DNA from: Methanobacteriota archaeon
Lineage (GTDB): Archaea; Thermoplasmatota; Poseidoniia; Poseidoniales; Poseidoniaceae
Reading direction: 5' to 3'
Assembly: GCA_018650165.1 (NCBI GenBank)
Contig: JABIGM010000033.1
Coordinates: 3,036 to 67,035, forward strand
Length of the DNA stretch: 64,000 nucleotides
Shown here one piece after another: positions 17,334 through 27,872 of this stretch. A program made the translations under genes and the position numbers. The notes below the pieces were generated by a model. That model did not search any database. It was not told where the DNA came from and was given only the letters and a program-made list of their open reading frames with translations. The number at the start of each line of letters is the position of its first letter. Positions within the stretch are counted from its first letter, which is position 1.

Positions 17334-19358
17334 ATGCGCACAATACAACCTCTTATCCTGTGCGCAATCTTGCTACTTTCTTGTTATCCAGTTTACCAAG
17401 TTGGGGCAGATTCTGTTGAAGTTTGCTGTGATTCAGGCCCTATCGAGTTGCACCTTATTGGGCCTGCTGCATCAGGAACTTTGTCACCGTTTGATTCTTC
17501 TTTGCTGGCAGAATCTGAAGAGGTGACAATTTCAGACGCAATTGCACAGGAAAGGGAGATTGCAACTTGGTCGATTAACCCTGCATGGGCAGGTAACTAT
17601 CCTTCATCCACATGGGCATTTAGTATCGAGTATGAAGTGGAAAATGCAGGTGGCGCTCAAATCAATGCATCTGTAACGGTTGATATTGGCGGTGATACAT
17701 TTGTAGGAACTACAGACCAATCTAATTCATTTTTACCATCTGGCACGGGATCACTAGCGATTGATGTGAATGTGGAGGCGGGCTCAATCCCCTCTTCAAC
17801 TGCTGTTACTGTAACTCTCACCGCACAAACTATTGTATTCAGTGTCCCGGGTGCCGAGGCAGGGTTAACATTTATTTGGGGTGGCGATGGTGATGACTCA
17901 ACTATCACAGCAGAAATACCCCTTGTTGATTTACTCGTGGATGAGCCTACCACGGAAGGCATGGATGTTTACATTTCAGTCATTGTTGCATCACCATTTG
18001 GGCAAATGGCAGCCGCACATGCAAATAGTCTGGAGGTTCGGGTAAACAGTGGCATGGTCACTGGGGACCCAATCGAGACAAGTAGTGGAGACTTTGTTCG
18101 CCTTACATGGACTTGGAGGGCAACTACAGAGGGTGTCCACAATATCACTGTCGAAGCCAGCATACAATTGCAAGCAGGCACTCCTATGATGTCAGGATTA
18201 ACAGAATTCATGATTGATACCTATGATGATGGAAATAGTGACGGCGGTGTGTATTACCCTACCGAAGCGCCTTTGCGTACCGATGGAGCGGGTTCCCACC
18301 TTAGTGTAGCGATGGATATGAACTTGAATCTCACTGAAGGCCACCTCGTTCTTGAAAGAACAATTCAGCTAAATATCGATGACGAAATCGCATACTGGAT
18401 GCGCTGGGGTATGGATAATATTGGTAGTGACGATGCATCACTGCCACAGCCACTCAGAATATTCAAACCTGGTTTGGTTACTGAAGATGACAGAAGGAAC
18501 CGAATTATCGATGATGTCGAGAGAAATGAATTTGAGAACCAAATGTTTAGCCTTGCAGTCACCTATATGGGTGATGGAATGGCTATTAAACTCGATGAAT
18601 TAGTTGGCAATGATGTTCATAACCTTGAGTACATTGATTTCAAAATTGATCTGCAAGGTGAAAACCGAGTAATACCCCACCCACTGACTCTTACAATTTA
18701 CACACAGGAAATTCTTGAACAAAACCGAACAGAACTTGTTAGAAATTTCGTGATTGTTCAGCCGGTTCCGATTTGGTCAGCATTTGACCTAAGCATTTCT
18801 ATTGAAACTGGAATCATGTCGAGTTTGACAGGCACCACACTTAGCCCAAGTGACAATCCCCTCGATTTTACGCAACGAAGAACACCATTTGGAGAGTCTT
18901 TCGAAATCGAAGCAACAGGCTTAGAACCGGGTGAAAAGTTTACACTATCTGCAATGCCATCTACCAACCCACTCAATGCCCCGTTAAGCCTTACAATGAT
19001 TAGTTCTGCAATTATTATTGGCGGGTTGTGGTTTGCACTTCGCCTTACAAAAAACAAACGCCGCGGCGCACTGTGGATTGAGGCGGGGATGCTCGTCCCA
19101 GTTGTGTTTTTAGCACTGTATCTGGCATACGAGCCATTCATAGTAGGAGTTCTTGCAGCGAGTACTGTGATAATGTGGCTGATAACTGCAATAGCAAGCC
19201 CGCGTAGAAAAGGTGAAAATATTGCAGACACTATTCGTTCTGTATTCCCGATTATTGATTGCCCCGTATGTAGCACACCCAATCCGGTTACATCCGATGA
19301 ACGCCCATTCCGTTTCCCATGTGGTGGATGCAGTCGACCATTGAGGGTAGTTGACTAA
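17334..19358 (+). CDS. Surface protein with a large N-terminal ectodomain, 3 C-terminal TM helices and a cytoplasmic C-terminal zinc ribbon (674 aa)
   Basis: SD AGGTGAA lies 8 nt upstream of ATG 17334. Signal MRTIQPLILCAILLLSCYPVYQVGA. TM helices IIIGGLWFALRL, MLVPVVFLALYLAY, VGVLAASTVIMWLITAIA. The protein ends CPVCSTPNPVTSDERPFRFPCGGCSRPLRVVD. Confidence 0.7.
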   Translation: MRTIQPLILCAILLLSCYPVYQVGADSVEVCCDSGPIELHLIGPAASGTLSPFDSSLLAESEEVTISDAIAQEREIATWSINPAWAGNYPSSTWAFSIEYEVENAGGAQINASVTVDIGGDTFVGTTDQSNSFLPSGTGSLAIDVNVEAGSIPSSTAVTVTLTAQTIVFSVPGAEAGLTFIWGGDGDDSTITAEIPLVDLLVDEPTTEGMDVYISVIVASPFGQMAAAHANSLEVRVNSGMVTGDPIETSSGDFVRLTWTWRATTEGVHNITVEASIQLQAGTPMMSGLTEFMIDTYDDGNSDGGVYYPTEAPLRTDGAGSHLSVAMDMNLNLTEGHLVLERTIQLNIDDEIAYWMRWGMDNIGSDDASLPQPLRIFKPGLVTEDDRRNRIIDDVERNEFENQMFSLAVTYMGDGMAIKLDELVGNDVHNLEYIDFKIDLQGENRVIPHPLTLTIYTQEILEQNRTELVRNFVIVQPVPIWSAFDLSISIETGIMSSLTGTTLSPSDNPLDFTQRRTPFGESFEIEATGLEPGEKFTLSAMPSTNPLNAPLSLTMISSAIIIGGLWFALRLTKNKRRGALWIEAGMLVPVVFLALYLAYEPFIVGVLAASTVIMWLITAIASPRRKGENIADTIRSVFPIIDCPVCSTPNPVTSDERPFRFPCGGCSRPLRVVD

Positions 19359-20288
19359 TCAGAGATGACCGTTTGCGATTAATGAGTCCGCAATGGTACT
19401 GGCGTGCACCTTTGCACCATCGACATCTTCAGGCCAATTACTTGATACCAGGTGAAGTTGACTAGCAATATCGGTTTCCACTCCGGGAATTAGTATACGG
19501 TGCCAAATCAATTCCTCGAGCCGCATAGTAGACATCCCCGTTTCCCGCAAAGCTGGCAACACAAGTTCACTAATTGCAGAACTCCGAGCATCGACATCCA
19601 TGCCTTCCCAACTTTTTGAAAGACGTTTTAGCATCCGTTCAGGCAAACCTGGAATCAGTCCGGGAGCAGGATTAGGTACTTCTGGCAGAGGTCGTACATC
19701 AATTGAGCCTTCAGTATCAAGATGGTCACGTAATAGTGACATTACTGGATCATAGTTTGATTCCATATTCTGTCGAAGCCATGACCCTGCTATGACCATA
19801 TGACGTTGCTTACGGACACGATTACCTTCTGGGGCTAAGATAGCGGATAATGCAGCACATATTGCTACACAGTCCACAGCACCATGGTGCAAGTTGTTGG
19901 AAGTCCCAACTTTTATTTCCACTGAGATGGGTGAGAGATGAATGTAATTCTCTGATATATCCACACTGCTTCGAGATTCTTGAAAGGGGTCGATATGAAT
20001 TACTAAACCATCTACTTCTGGCAATTCATGCACATGGTCTCTTGCAACGTGTTTCCTGGGCGGTAACACACGGCGCCGATAATGTAGTGAATTGTCAAGA
20101 AATGCTGCTTCCAGTTGTGCTAGAGCAAGTATTCCATCAAGATCTGCTGGAGCCATTAACTGAACTAGTTTTGCAGATCTAATTTTCGAGCAAATATCAT
20201 TCAATTGCCCTTCTAGTGAAGTGAAAATTGACGACTGGAGCAGACTGTTCAAAAACTCACCAGCAGTGTCACACCGTAGGTAGTTCAT
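19359..20288 (-). CDS. Hypothetical protein, possibly a degenerate DHH-family (RecJ/Cdc45-like) protein
   Basis: APADLDGILALAQLEAAFLD, GLVIHIDP and MVIAGSWL loosely follow DHH motif spacing, but the catalytic DHH residues are not evident. Sits directly downstream of rps15, a neighbourhood reported for archaeal RecJ homologues. Confidence 0.45.
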   Translation of the reverse strand: MNYLRCDTAGEFLNSLLQSSIFTSLEGQLNDICSKIRSAKLVQLMAPADLDGILALAQLEAAFLDNSLHYRRRVLPPRKHVARDHVHELPEVDGLVIHIDPFQESRSSVDISENYIHLSPISVEIKVGTSNNLHHGAVDCVAICAALSAILAPEGNRVRKQRHMVIAGSWLRQNMESNYDPVMSLLRDHLDTEGSIDVRPLPEVPNPAPGLIPGLPERMLKRLSKSWEGMDVDARSSAISELVLPALRETGMSTMRLEELIWHRILIPGVETDIASQLHLVSSNWPEDVDGAKVHASTIADSLIANGHL

Positions 20289-20304
20289 CAAGTTGAGTGT
20301 TTAA

Positions 20305-20766
20305 TCACTCAACCATCAAGCGAAGTTGGTCACGCTTATACTTCCAATCAGAAGGAAGGCGACCCTCGCCGATGTAGTACTTTGCAAGGCGTCGGATTTT
20401 CGCCTCAGTAAGTTCTAGGGAACGCTTGTTGTGCAAATCCTTGTGGTTACCTGATCCAAGATGATGGATAATTCCAACAGCCTTACGCATCAAATTCATC
20501 ATATCTTCCGGATAAGTACCACCAATATCATTCTCGATTAAAATTGCAGCAATTCTCTTGCCACCTAGGACTGCACGGACATCAGGAACTGCGTGTTGAT
20601 CACGTAGAATTGTACCAATCGCAGCCGATGAATGACCAGACTTACCCAACTCTACAATAAGCGCAGTAACTGCAGAAGAATCGTTGTTAGACCACTCAGG
20701 AGCGGAATCGTTGTGGGGCTTTGTGGAACCGGACTTGCCTTTCCTCTTAGCGTACATGCGTGCCAT
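20305..20766 (-). CDS. rps15: 30S ribosomal protein S15 (uS15; archaeal S15P/eukaryotic S13 type)
   Basis: MARMYAKRKGKSGSTKPH..., C-terminal HNKRSLELTEAKIRRLAKYY. SD GGAGGT lies 8 nt upstream of ATG 20766. Confidence 0.9.
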   Translation of the reverse strand: MARMYAKRKGKSGSTKPHNDSAPEWSNNDSSAVTALIVELGKSGHSSAAIGTILRDQHAVPDVRAVLGGKRIAAILIENDIGGTYPEDMMNLMRKAVGIIHHLGSGNHKDLHNKRSLELTEAKIRRLAKYYIGEGRLPSDWKYKRDQLRLMVE

Positions 20767-20838
20767 AATGGATACCTCCGAGCATTCCGCCGACCTATCA
20801 CCCATTCTTAACCACTACGCATGGTGAAAAGTTTTGAT

Positions 20839-22575
20839 TTACCGTCTTTGGTGCATTTTTGCAAGCCGTCCGGGGGTCCCTTCCCACTCCCAAGCAGGCG
20901 CTGCGGCACGAGCAGAACCGATGCACTGAGAGCCTTGCATTACTAATACGTCTTCGCCACAGCGTATCGATGAATCATAAGATTCGAGGATTACGAGATT
21001 GACATCGCCTTTCCACTTCACATTCGGCTTCAGGTGTATCCGCTTGAGTGAATTGTGCGCGTCGAGAATAGAAATTCCTGCTTTTGAAAGTGAAAAACCA
21101 CCACGTTCTGGAGCCCACATTGCAATTTGTTCACCATCCTTGAGAATCTTCCAACGTGGGAAGCGCCCTCGGATTTCAACTCCATCAAGCCACTCGTCAT
21201 TTAAGTGATGTAATCTAGCAACAGAACGGAAATTATCTAGGTTCGTTCTCTCACCACTTCGCCTCTTAACACGCATATTGTCGAGAACTGCCTGTCCCAG
21301 TCGCTCTAATGCAACATGGCTTGTACCTGAATCGCCTTGCCGTGTATCAATAACATCAATTTCAGAATTATAGTCCATTCCTGAATGATTGATTATCAAA
21401 CGGTAATTGTTCCTTGAAACAAGAGCATCAATCATTTGTGTAACCCTGATTCTTTCATCGGTGGTCCAATCTCCTGTGACGGGTATATCGTAATGGCCAG
21501 CTGGCCAAACTTCTTCCAAGTCACGTGGAACTAACCCCAAAGGAGATGTTACCATGACTTCGTGAGCAGCATTATGGTTCATCGCTCGATGGAACGATTT
21601 ATGACTACGTGAATACGAATATGGTTTCCTTGCAGAACATGGCAGGAGAATCAGAATGTCATCAAGACCTTGCGGTGAAACGTAATCTTCTTTGATAAAT
21701 TTGACCCAGTCTAAGATTAGTGGATCGCTATGCGATTCAACACTGTGCACCCTCAGTGCTGCCGCAGAGTCGACTATTTGTGAAAGCACACCTTCCTTAC
21801 TGGAGATTAAAATGTCATTATATCGCATATGCTCTACCAATCGAGGGCTTGAAAGCGATTGTGATTGAGCGAGTTCCCGAAGAGATTGTGACGAAATTGC
21901 AGAACGTGTTTCAGTAAGAGCTGCTGCCCAGTGGTCAATTTCGGGTTCGTTCTCCGTTCGCATACGCGGCCCATTCCAAGTTAATACAGCACCATGAGCT
22001 TCTGCCTGCTTTGAGCGTGTAGTATCAAACAGATCTATTCCAAACCAAGACATTACTGCACAATTATCAGGGCCCCCAATTCCCGGAGCCCAAAGTAGTG
22101 CGCCGGGGAATCTACGCTTGATTACATGGATTGCTTCCACTAAGCGACCAGGTCGGTTTGCCAACTGAAGTGCATCAGTAAGAACTACAACATGTGGATT
22201 GAGAGTTGGGTCTAGCAATTCCGAATCATGATTCAAAGATTGCCACGATAGTGGTAGAAGGTCGCCTTTTGATGCAACCTCTCCCGCATCGGCTTCGTCG
22301 AGTGACGGTGGCAGAACATGACCAATTGATGCTGAAAGGGTAGGCCCGTTGTCCGGATTTTCCCAAGGGGCAAATGGGGCTCGCGACTCCAGTGTGATTA
22401 TACGAGGTATGGAACCATCATTCGATGTGGAGAATGGTGCCCAGTCAACATCTCTCTCCTCGTTATGGCTAAGGACAAGACCTGGCGTAATTGATGCGAG
22501 TTTTGAGCGGTCACCTAGACCCCACAAACGCGCCATCCTGTGACGTGCCAAAACGGTTCGCCCTAACCCTGCCAT
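20839..22575 (-). CDS. arcS: Archaeosine synthase (ArcS; TGT-like N-terminal domain plus PUA)
   Basis: TGT-like LLWAPGIGGPDNCAVMSWFGIDLFDTT. An exact ArcS signature PC-x3-KPY-x2-S-x2-H is present in LLPCSARKPYSYSRSH. C-terminal PUA-like VLVMQGSQCIGSARAA. ATG at 22575-22573. Confidence 0.85.
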   Translation of the reverse strand: MAGLGRTVLARHRMARLWGLGDRSKLASITPGLVLSHNEERDVDWAPFSTSNDGSIPRIITLESRAPFAPWENPDNGPTLSASIGHVLPPSLDEADAGEVASKGDLLPLSWQSLNHDSELLDPTLNPHVVVLTDALQLANRPGRLVEAIHVIKRRFPGALLWAPGIGGPDNCAVMSWFGIDLFDTTRSKQAEAHGAVLTWNGPRMRTENEPEIDHWAAALTETRSAISSQSLRELAQSQSLSSPRLVEHMRYNDILISSKEGVLSQIVDSAAALRVHSVESHSDPLILDWVKFIKEDYVSPQGLDDILILLPCSARKPYSYSRSHKSFHRAMNHNAAHEVMVTSPLGLVPRDLEEVWPAGHYDIPVTGDWTTDERIRVTQMIDALVSRNNYRLIINHSGMDYNSEIDVIDTRQGDSGTSHVALERLGQAVLDNMRVKRRSGERTNLDNFRSVARLHHLNDEWLDGVEIRGRFPRWKILKDGEQIAMWAPERGGFSLSKAGISILDAHNSLKRIHLKPNVKWKGDVNLVILESYDSSIRCGEDVLVMQGSQCIGSARAAAPAWEWEGTPGRLAKMHQRR

Positions 22576-22640
22576 GAATGTAGGCGGGAAGTATGCTGGT
22601 CTTGAATGATTTGAAGGCTGATGAGTTCTCACCCCCATGT

Positions 22641-24677
22641 ATGGGAAGACCTGTTACCTGCCTGTTGGCAATATTAGTGCTCTTGCCAATGGCCAGCCTT
22701 GGATACTCTAGTGATCAACTGACAGTTGAGGGGATAGCTTGGTTTGATTGTGAGGACTCTTGGGCTAGTATCCACGACTCGAATGGGGTAGAAATCGCAA
22801 ATGCAAGTGATTTTACTGCCAATTTATCTGCAGAAAATCACACCTTTTACATCCCAGAAATAGGCAAGTGCCAAGGTGTAATTCCAGTTACCGAAGAAAT
22901 GCCAGAACTTCGACCAGTGCCTTCCGAACCGTTTTTTTCAATTGAGTCACAAGTCTGTCCACAAGACGGACATTACCTTTCCTGTAACGGGCAGTATACT
23001 ACTGGAGACCTAGTTGGTGATACTTCCGATGTATTTGCCATCAATGTTAGTACAGGTCATATGCTGGCACTCACATTAGTTGCTACTTCTACCGGTATTG
23101 AAGTTGAATTACATTTCCAGAATTCTTCAAGTGAAATAAAGTTGGAGCAGGGTTTTATTCTCCCCTTAAATTCATCAATTGGCTCTAGCAATATCCTATA
23201 TGTTCCAATTTCCGAAGAGGGGAGAGTAATTGTGTCTGTGAGTAGCCCAAATCAAAATACAATTTGGTCAATCCGTAGTGAAATTTTTGAGACATCTATT
23301 CTCCAACCACTAGTTCACCTTGACAACATCATTGGAATTGGCCCTACACCATTTGCTTACCCATTAGGTGCTGATGAATCTCTCGTAATAACAAAGTCAA
23401 CTACGGGTAATGGTGAAGAATTCGTGCCACTAATGTATCGCTATGTGTACTCAGAGTCCGCACAATCAGAGTGGACTAGTGTCAGTTTAAGTGATAGAAT
23501 CGGCGGAATCGATGATGTTGATTACATAGAATTTCAGTGGGATTGTAATTGCCAATGGCTTGCTACAATGTCTCGCTATCGGCATTTTGATGCTGGTTGG
23601 GGCATGGATGCTCCGGGCCTATTACCTCTTAGCATAACGAGTGATAATTCATCACATCCTCTTATTGTAATGGATGGGCATAGTGAAACGGGAGAATTAA
23701 CCCTGCATATGAATGACTACCAAGATATTTTGCGTGTAGAAACGACAGGATGGGATGAGTCTATTCATCTGGTAGACGTTATTGTTGAAGGTGATATTTA
23801 TGATTTGGAAGTTACCATTTGGAACATAGATCAGAATAAATGGGAAATTATTGATGAAGCAACATCAACATATTCGATGAACAAAATCGCAGTATCTCTA
23901 AGTGTCGATAGAGGGACGCATTTCATCCGTATTCAACATGTCAATGGCAGCGCTGCAATCAGCGAGGATGCAGACCCTGTAGAATGGCAAATTAGAGTCA
24001 CTACAGCAGTCCTTGATGAAGGTGAAGAGCCTTGGTTCGCTGCATCTGAAAGTGTGAAAGATGCTGCATCAATTTTCTATTGGCTGATTGGTTTAGTTTT
24101 GATTCTTCCATTCATCATATTCTATTTATCTGTCAAAAAGGAGCAACGATATGCACATGAGTTTGCGAGTCGAAAGAATAGACTAGAGTGGCTGAGTTCT
24201 AAACTAGACAAAGGCGACTTTGTGCCTAGCGATTTATCGCGTGCCCTACGAGCTGTATCAAGTTTAGATTGGGATGAAGCACTGAAGGTATGGGGCGAGC
24301 CAACAATACGTCACTTTACACTCGGTATTGATATGGCTGTTTGGGTATTAGATGATCGACTTGCAGAAGAGGGAGGCTGGCCACTTCTGATTGGTATGCG
24401 TCCACAAGAACTTGAATGGAGTGTAGCGGCCCTAAGATTTGAAGCACCTGAAGGGAAACTTTGGAGTGTCAATAGTACGGAGCCCAGATTACTTTCCCGT
24501 GAAAACGAAATATTCCTTGACACTATTCATCAGAATTCACGGCTTTTCGTTCAAGTAACACTCGATGGACAAGGAGATGCCCTTGACATTCATCTTTCAG
24601 GTATGGCTGGCGGTGAGCCAATGGCGGCTAAACCTGCAAAGACCATTTACCGAAGTGAAAATAACTCCGAAGAGTGA
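22641..24677 (+). CDS. Type-I membrane-anchored surface protein with PPC-like (pre-peptidase C-terminal) domains and a cytoplasmic domain of about 180 aa
   Basis: Signal MGRPVTCLLAILVLLPMASLG. PPC-like TTGDLVGDTSDVFAINVSTGHMLALTL and ETGELTLHMNDYQDILRVE. TM IFYWLIGLVLILPFIIFYLSV. Start 22641 is preferred over 22593, which would leave only 17 nt to the divergent arcS. Confidence 0.7.
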   Translation: MGRPVTCLLAILVLLPMASLGYSSDQLTVEGIAWFDCEDSWASIHDSNGVEIANASDFTANLSAENHTFYIPEIGKCQGVIPVTEEMPELRPVPSEPFFSIESQVCPQDGHYLSCNGQYTTGDLVGDTSDVFAINVSTGHMLALTLVATSTGIEVELHFQNSSSEIKLEQGFILPLNSSIGSSNILYVPISEEGRVIVSVSSPNQNTIWSIRSEIFETSILQPLVHLDNIIGIGPTPFAYPLGADESLVITKSTTGNGEEFVPLMYRYVYSESAQSEWTSVSLSDRIGGIDDVDYIEFQWDCNCQWLATMSRYRHFDAGWGMDAPGLLPLSITSDNSSHPLIVMDGHSETGELTLHMNDYQDILRVETTGWDESIHLVDVIVEGDIYDLEVTIWNIDQNKWEIIDEATSTYSMNKIAVSLSVDRGTHFIRIQHVNGSAAISEDADPVEWQIRVTTAVLDEGEEPWFAASESVKDAASIFYWLIGLVLILPFIIFYLSVKKEQRYAHEFASRKNRLEWLSSKLDKGDFVPSDLSRALRAVSSLDWDEALKVWGEPTIRHFTLGIDMAVWVLDDRLAEEGGWPLLIGMRPQELEWSVAALRFEAPEGKLWSVNSTEPRLLSRENEIFLDTIHQNSRLFVQVTLDGQGDALDIHLSGMAGGEPMAAKPAKTIYRSENNSEE

Positions 24678-25802
24678 TTATCGACGTCTATCATCAGCAT
24701 CATCAGTTATTTTGTCAATAATATCTTCACTACCGCCGAGTTTAGATCTCAATTCATCAAGGGCTTTTTTTGTTCCCTTATCGAATTTTTTAGGCATATG
24801 AAGTTTGCAAAGAACAACAACATCGCCCCTTCCTACACCTCTACTAGATGGTAGGCCTCTACCGGCAATCGTAATCGTGTCCCCTGAATTAGTCCCAGAT
24901 GGTACTTTGACAACTAGATCCTTATCATCGACATGTGGAATAGTTACTGTTGTACCAAGAGCTAAATCACTATACCCTAAGGGTAATGACATAATCAAAT
25001 CCATACCATTACGTTCAAACCATGCGTGTTCTTTTACAACTAACTCGATGAATAAATCTCCGGGAATTCCATTCCCATTTGGAGCAGGTTGACCCTTGCC
25101 ACGCATGCGTAGCCGAGTTCCATCCTGGGCACCGGGCGGCAATGTGAACCTCAAAACCTGTGATACGGACTGTAAGCCATCACCTGCACACCCCTTACAG
25201 CGCGACGCTGCAGTTCTACCCGCTCCAGCACAATGCTGACATGGTTGTACTGAATCTTGTACGAAAGGGCCGATTTGTTGACGGACTCTCACTTGACCCG
25301 CTCCATCACATTCTCCGCACTGTTTTGTAACACCATCTTTCGCACCAGTTCCTTCACAGTCAGAACAAGGAGTTGGTAATTCAACTTCGGCCTCATCACT
25401 TCCGCCTTCCAAAACTGATTTCAAATTGATTTCATGGCGAATTAGAATGTCATGACCTTGGCGTTGTGCAGACCGGCGCCGACCTCCTCCGAAGATATTG
25501 GAAAAGAAATCACCACCCAGTATGTCGTCAAGATTGATATTAAATCCTTGGAAACCACCTGGTCCGAAAGGTGAACCACCTGGAGAATTGTGTCCGAATC
25601 TGTCATAATTTCGACGCTTCTCAGAATCCGATAGAACCGCATACGCCTCTTGGATTTCTTTGAATTTCTCATCGGCATCAGGAGCATCATTCTTATCAGG
25701 ATGGTATTTTCGTGCTAGTGAACGAAATGATTTTTTCAATTCACCGCTATCTGCTTGTTTTGAAACGCCCAGGACTTCGTAGTAGTCTCGCTTTTCAGAC
25801 AT
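24678..25802 (-). CDS. dnaJ: Molecular chaperone DnaJ (type I Hsp40)
   Basis: J domain [33 protein letters not shown], a G/F region, and four Cys-x2-Cys pairs, two in canonical CxxCxGxG form ([32 protein letters not shown]). SD GAGGTGG lies 5 nt upstream of ATG 25802. No dnaK or grpE is adjacent. Confidence 0.9.
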   Translation of the reverse strand: MSEKRDYYEVLGVSKQADSGELKKSFRSLARKYHPDKNDAPDADEKFKEIQEAYAVLSDSEKRRNYDRFGHNSPGGSPFGPGGFQGFNINLDDILGGDFFSNIFGGGRRRSAQRQGHDILIRHEINLKSVLEGGSDEAEVELPTPCSDCEGTGAKDGVTKQCGECDGAGQVRVRQQIGPFVQDSVQPCQHCAGAGRTAASRCKGCAGDGLQSVSQVLRFTLPPGAQDGTRLRMRGKGQPAPNGNGIPGDLFIELVVKEHAWFERNGMDLIMSLPLGYSDLALGTTVTIPHVDDKDLVVKVPSGTNSGDTITIAGRGLPSSRGVGRGDVVVLCKLHMPKKFDKGTKKALDELRSKLGGSEDIIDKITDDADDRRR

Positions 25803-25857
25803 ATTGACCACCTCGTGTATTACATGGGGGGGCGGAGGGGGTTCTTCAGTTCAACGC

Positions 25858-26781
25858 TCAGATATCGCTTCCACAATTTGCACAGAATCTCTCTCCAACA
25901 GGGTTCGAAGCACCACAAGTCTTGCAAGATGGCAAGGGTGAGAAATTAGACTTAGCACCGATAGTGCCAACTTTAGGTGCCGCAGTACCAAATGCCATTT
26001 CTTCGATTGTCATCTCCCTCACTACGGGAGCGATGATCTCATTAGTATCCTCATCGATGGTTACAGTTTCAGCACCGGAATCCGTCATTGAAGTCATTTC
26101 CATTGGCATTGGCTTTTTCTCTTCCGATTCAATCGGTTGTATAGGGGCGATTGGTCGTTGAGCTATCACAGGGGTTTCTTGACTTCGAGCCGATAGAGTG
26201 GCTGTTTTTTGTGCATTTCTTTCTTCCCTTCGATTTCTGCCGCGGAAAGATGCAATCCAATCTAAGAAAGTGTCCATCGGGGAATTTTTTCTAACCGCAC
26301 CGATGGTTGCATGGACACTACCATCATCGAATTGCTCATTGCCTACTAGGCGTGCCTGCGCCTTTCGCACATGCTCAGAATCGATTAGCATTTCAACTTC
26401 AACTTCATCAGAAACCTCACTTGATTCATCACTTTTGGTAGTTCCAACCATTCCCTTGACTTGCCCCTTTAGATTTGCTTCAGCCTCGACTGAAAGTTGA
26501 GTATCCATGACTATATCCTTCTCCCAAACACCTTTGTCTTCAGCCTTGAAGTGACCGCCAACTGATTTGACCGCTTTGGCACGTTGCCATTCATGGTCCC
26601 TAACAACTCGAGTTTTTCTAAATAGAACAATACCAATCGCTATAGAGATTATGTGCAAAATAATGTCAAAGATATATGATACGGCCATCATTTCACCAAG
26701 AGGGGTAACGATTAATCGCAGTGCATTAAGAACCAAAATAGGGGTCAGCAGGAGAATTACCGATGTCAATTGCCGAGCCAT
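25858..26781 (-). CDS. Membrane protein with 2 N-terminal TM helices, a long disordered region and a C-terminal zinc ribbon
   Basis: MARQLTSVILLLTPILVLNAL..., SYIFDIILHIISIAIGIVLF; ends CKTCGASNPVGERFCANCGSDI. Confidence 0.6.
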   Translation of the reverse strand: MARQLTSVILLLTPILVLNALRLIVTPLGEMMAVSYIFDIILHIISIAIGIVLFRKTRVVRDHEWQRAKAVKSVGGHFKAEDKGVWEKDIVMDTQLSVEAEANLKGQVKGMVGTTKSDESSEVSDEVEVEMLIDSEHVRKAQARLVGNEQFDDGSVHATIGAVRKNSPMDTFLDWIASFRGRNRREERNAQKTATLSARSQETPVIAQRPIAPIQPIESEEKKPMPMEMTSMTDSGAETVTIDEDTNEIIAPVVREMTIEEMAFGTAAPKVGTIGAKSNFSPLPSCKTCGASNPVGERFCANCGSDI

Positions 26782-26823
26782 TAAAATCACTGTTCTTGTA
26801 TTTCACCAATGAAGGTTTGCGCT

Positions 26824-27855
26824 TTATGGGCGGTCACTAGGTACTCTCCCAGTACGAAATATCCCATCGAACAGACCGATGGTGAATGACGTATGCAGAA
26901 TGATAAGACATAATGGAATTCCAAGGACAGCGGAAAACCCTGAATCCTTTGGCCGATAAATTAAGCCCATCAATAGCAATGCTGCACCATATACAGCAGG
27001 GGCCCACCACCACGTTTCAAGTAAAAATATCAGGACCAAACCGATGAGTGGTAGTAATTCTCTGATATCAAACCGTTTTGGATGTTTTAGAATTACCTTT
27101 GTCCTCCAAAATCCATACCTGTGACTCATTTTCCACCAACTGGTTAGTGTAGAGCGTTTATGCATGTAAACACAAGATGAGTCAGAACGCCATAGTTGCC
27201 ACCCTGCAGAAATCATCCGCATCGATAAATCGCTATCTTGGCTTGTAATGAATCTTTCATCCCAGCCCTCTACGTCACGCAAAGCCTCGACTCGGTGCAA
27301 ACAAAAAGCAGGTACTTTTGTTTTTTCACAGCCTTTGAAGGGCTTGAATTGGCCGCCTCCAGAGCCGATAGGAGACGACAATGCACCTTCTACCCACTGG
27401 GATATTGCCCCTTTGGAATCGCCGGCTTTAGTGCGACAACCAATAGCACCAATTTTCATTCCAATTCGTTTCTCGACTTGGAGTAGTTCTTTTATTCGTA
27501 TTTCGACATGGTCAGGGTCAATCCACGAATGCCCAATTATCTCGAGACAGTGAGTTATATCCTCGCTAATGTGCTGCAACGCGAGGTTTCTTGCTTGTGC
27601 AACTCGTTTCCCTGGATTATCAATCACTACAATTGAATCGCCATATTTTGACAAATGGTCAAGTGTTCCATCATTAGAACCTCCATCCAATACAAGAATA
27701 TCGATTGGAACGGTTTGTGCTAGCAGGCTATCGATACAACGTTTGATGAATTTTCCTTCATTTAGGACGGGTACGACAGCACAAACCCGAACTTCCATGA
27801 ATTGCTGTGTTTCGACAAAGAATGTGAAGGTTGGCCTATCAACTTCATTGCCCAT
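26824..27855 (-). CDS. Family-2 glycosyltransferase with C-terminal TM helices (candidate Agl-pathway enzyme)
   Basis: VCAVVPVLNEGKFIKRCIDSLLAQT...ILVLDGGSNDGT is the GT2 (GT-A) N-terminus, with a DSD motif (SQDSDLSMR). C-terminal hydrophobic segments LLPLIGLVLIFLL and VLGIPLCLIILHTSF. An alternative start lies at 27798. Confidence 0.8.
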   Translation of the reverse strand: MGNEVDRPTFTFFVETQQFMEVRVCAVVPVLNEGKFIKRCIDSLLAQTVPIDILVLDGGSNDGTLDHLSKYGDSIVVIDNPGKRVAQARNLALQHISEDITHCLEIIGHSWIDPDHVEIRIKELLQVEKRIGMKIGAIGCRTKAGDSKGAISQWVEGALSSPIGSGGGQFKPFKGCEKTKVPAFCLHRVEALRDVEGWDERFITSQDSDLSMRMISAGWQLWRSDSSCVYMHKRSTLTSWWKMSHRYGFWRTKVILKHPKRFDIRELLPLIGLVLIFLLETWWWAPAVYGAALLLMGLIYRPKDSGFSAVLGIPLCLIILHTSFTIGLFDGIFRTGRVPSDRP

Positions 27856-27872
27856 GGGTTTCTGGCACTGTT

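Noticed and set aside
18758-19282. 174-aa minus-strand ORF
   Set aside because: It is antisense to the well-supported 674-aa surface protein gene, which has its own signal peptide, TM helices and zinc ribbon.
25826-25841. G-run GGGGGGGCGGAGGGGG upstream of dnaJ (possible G-quadruplex)
   Set aside because: There is only one short tract, on the non-template side of a 55-bp spacer. Four separated G-tracts cannot be shown, and the nearby GAGGTGG is adequately explained as the dnaJ SD.
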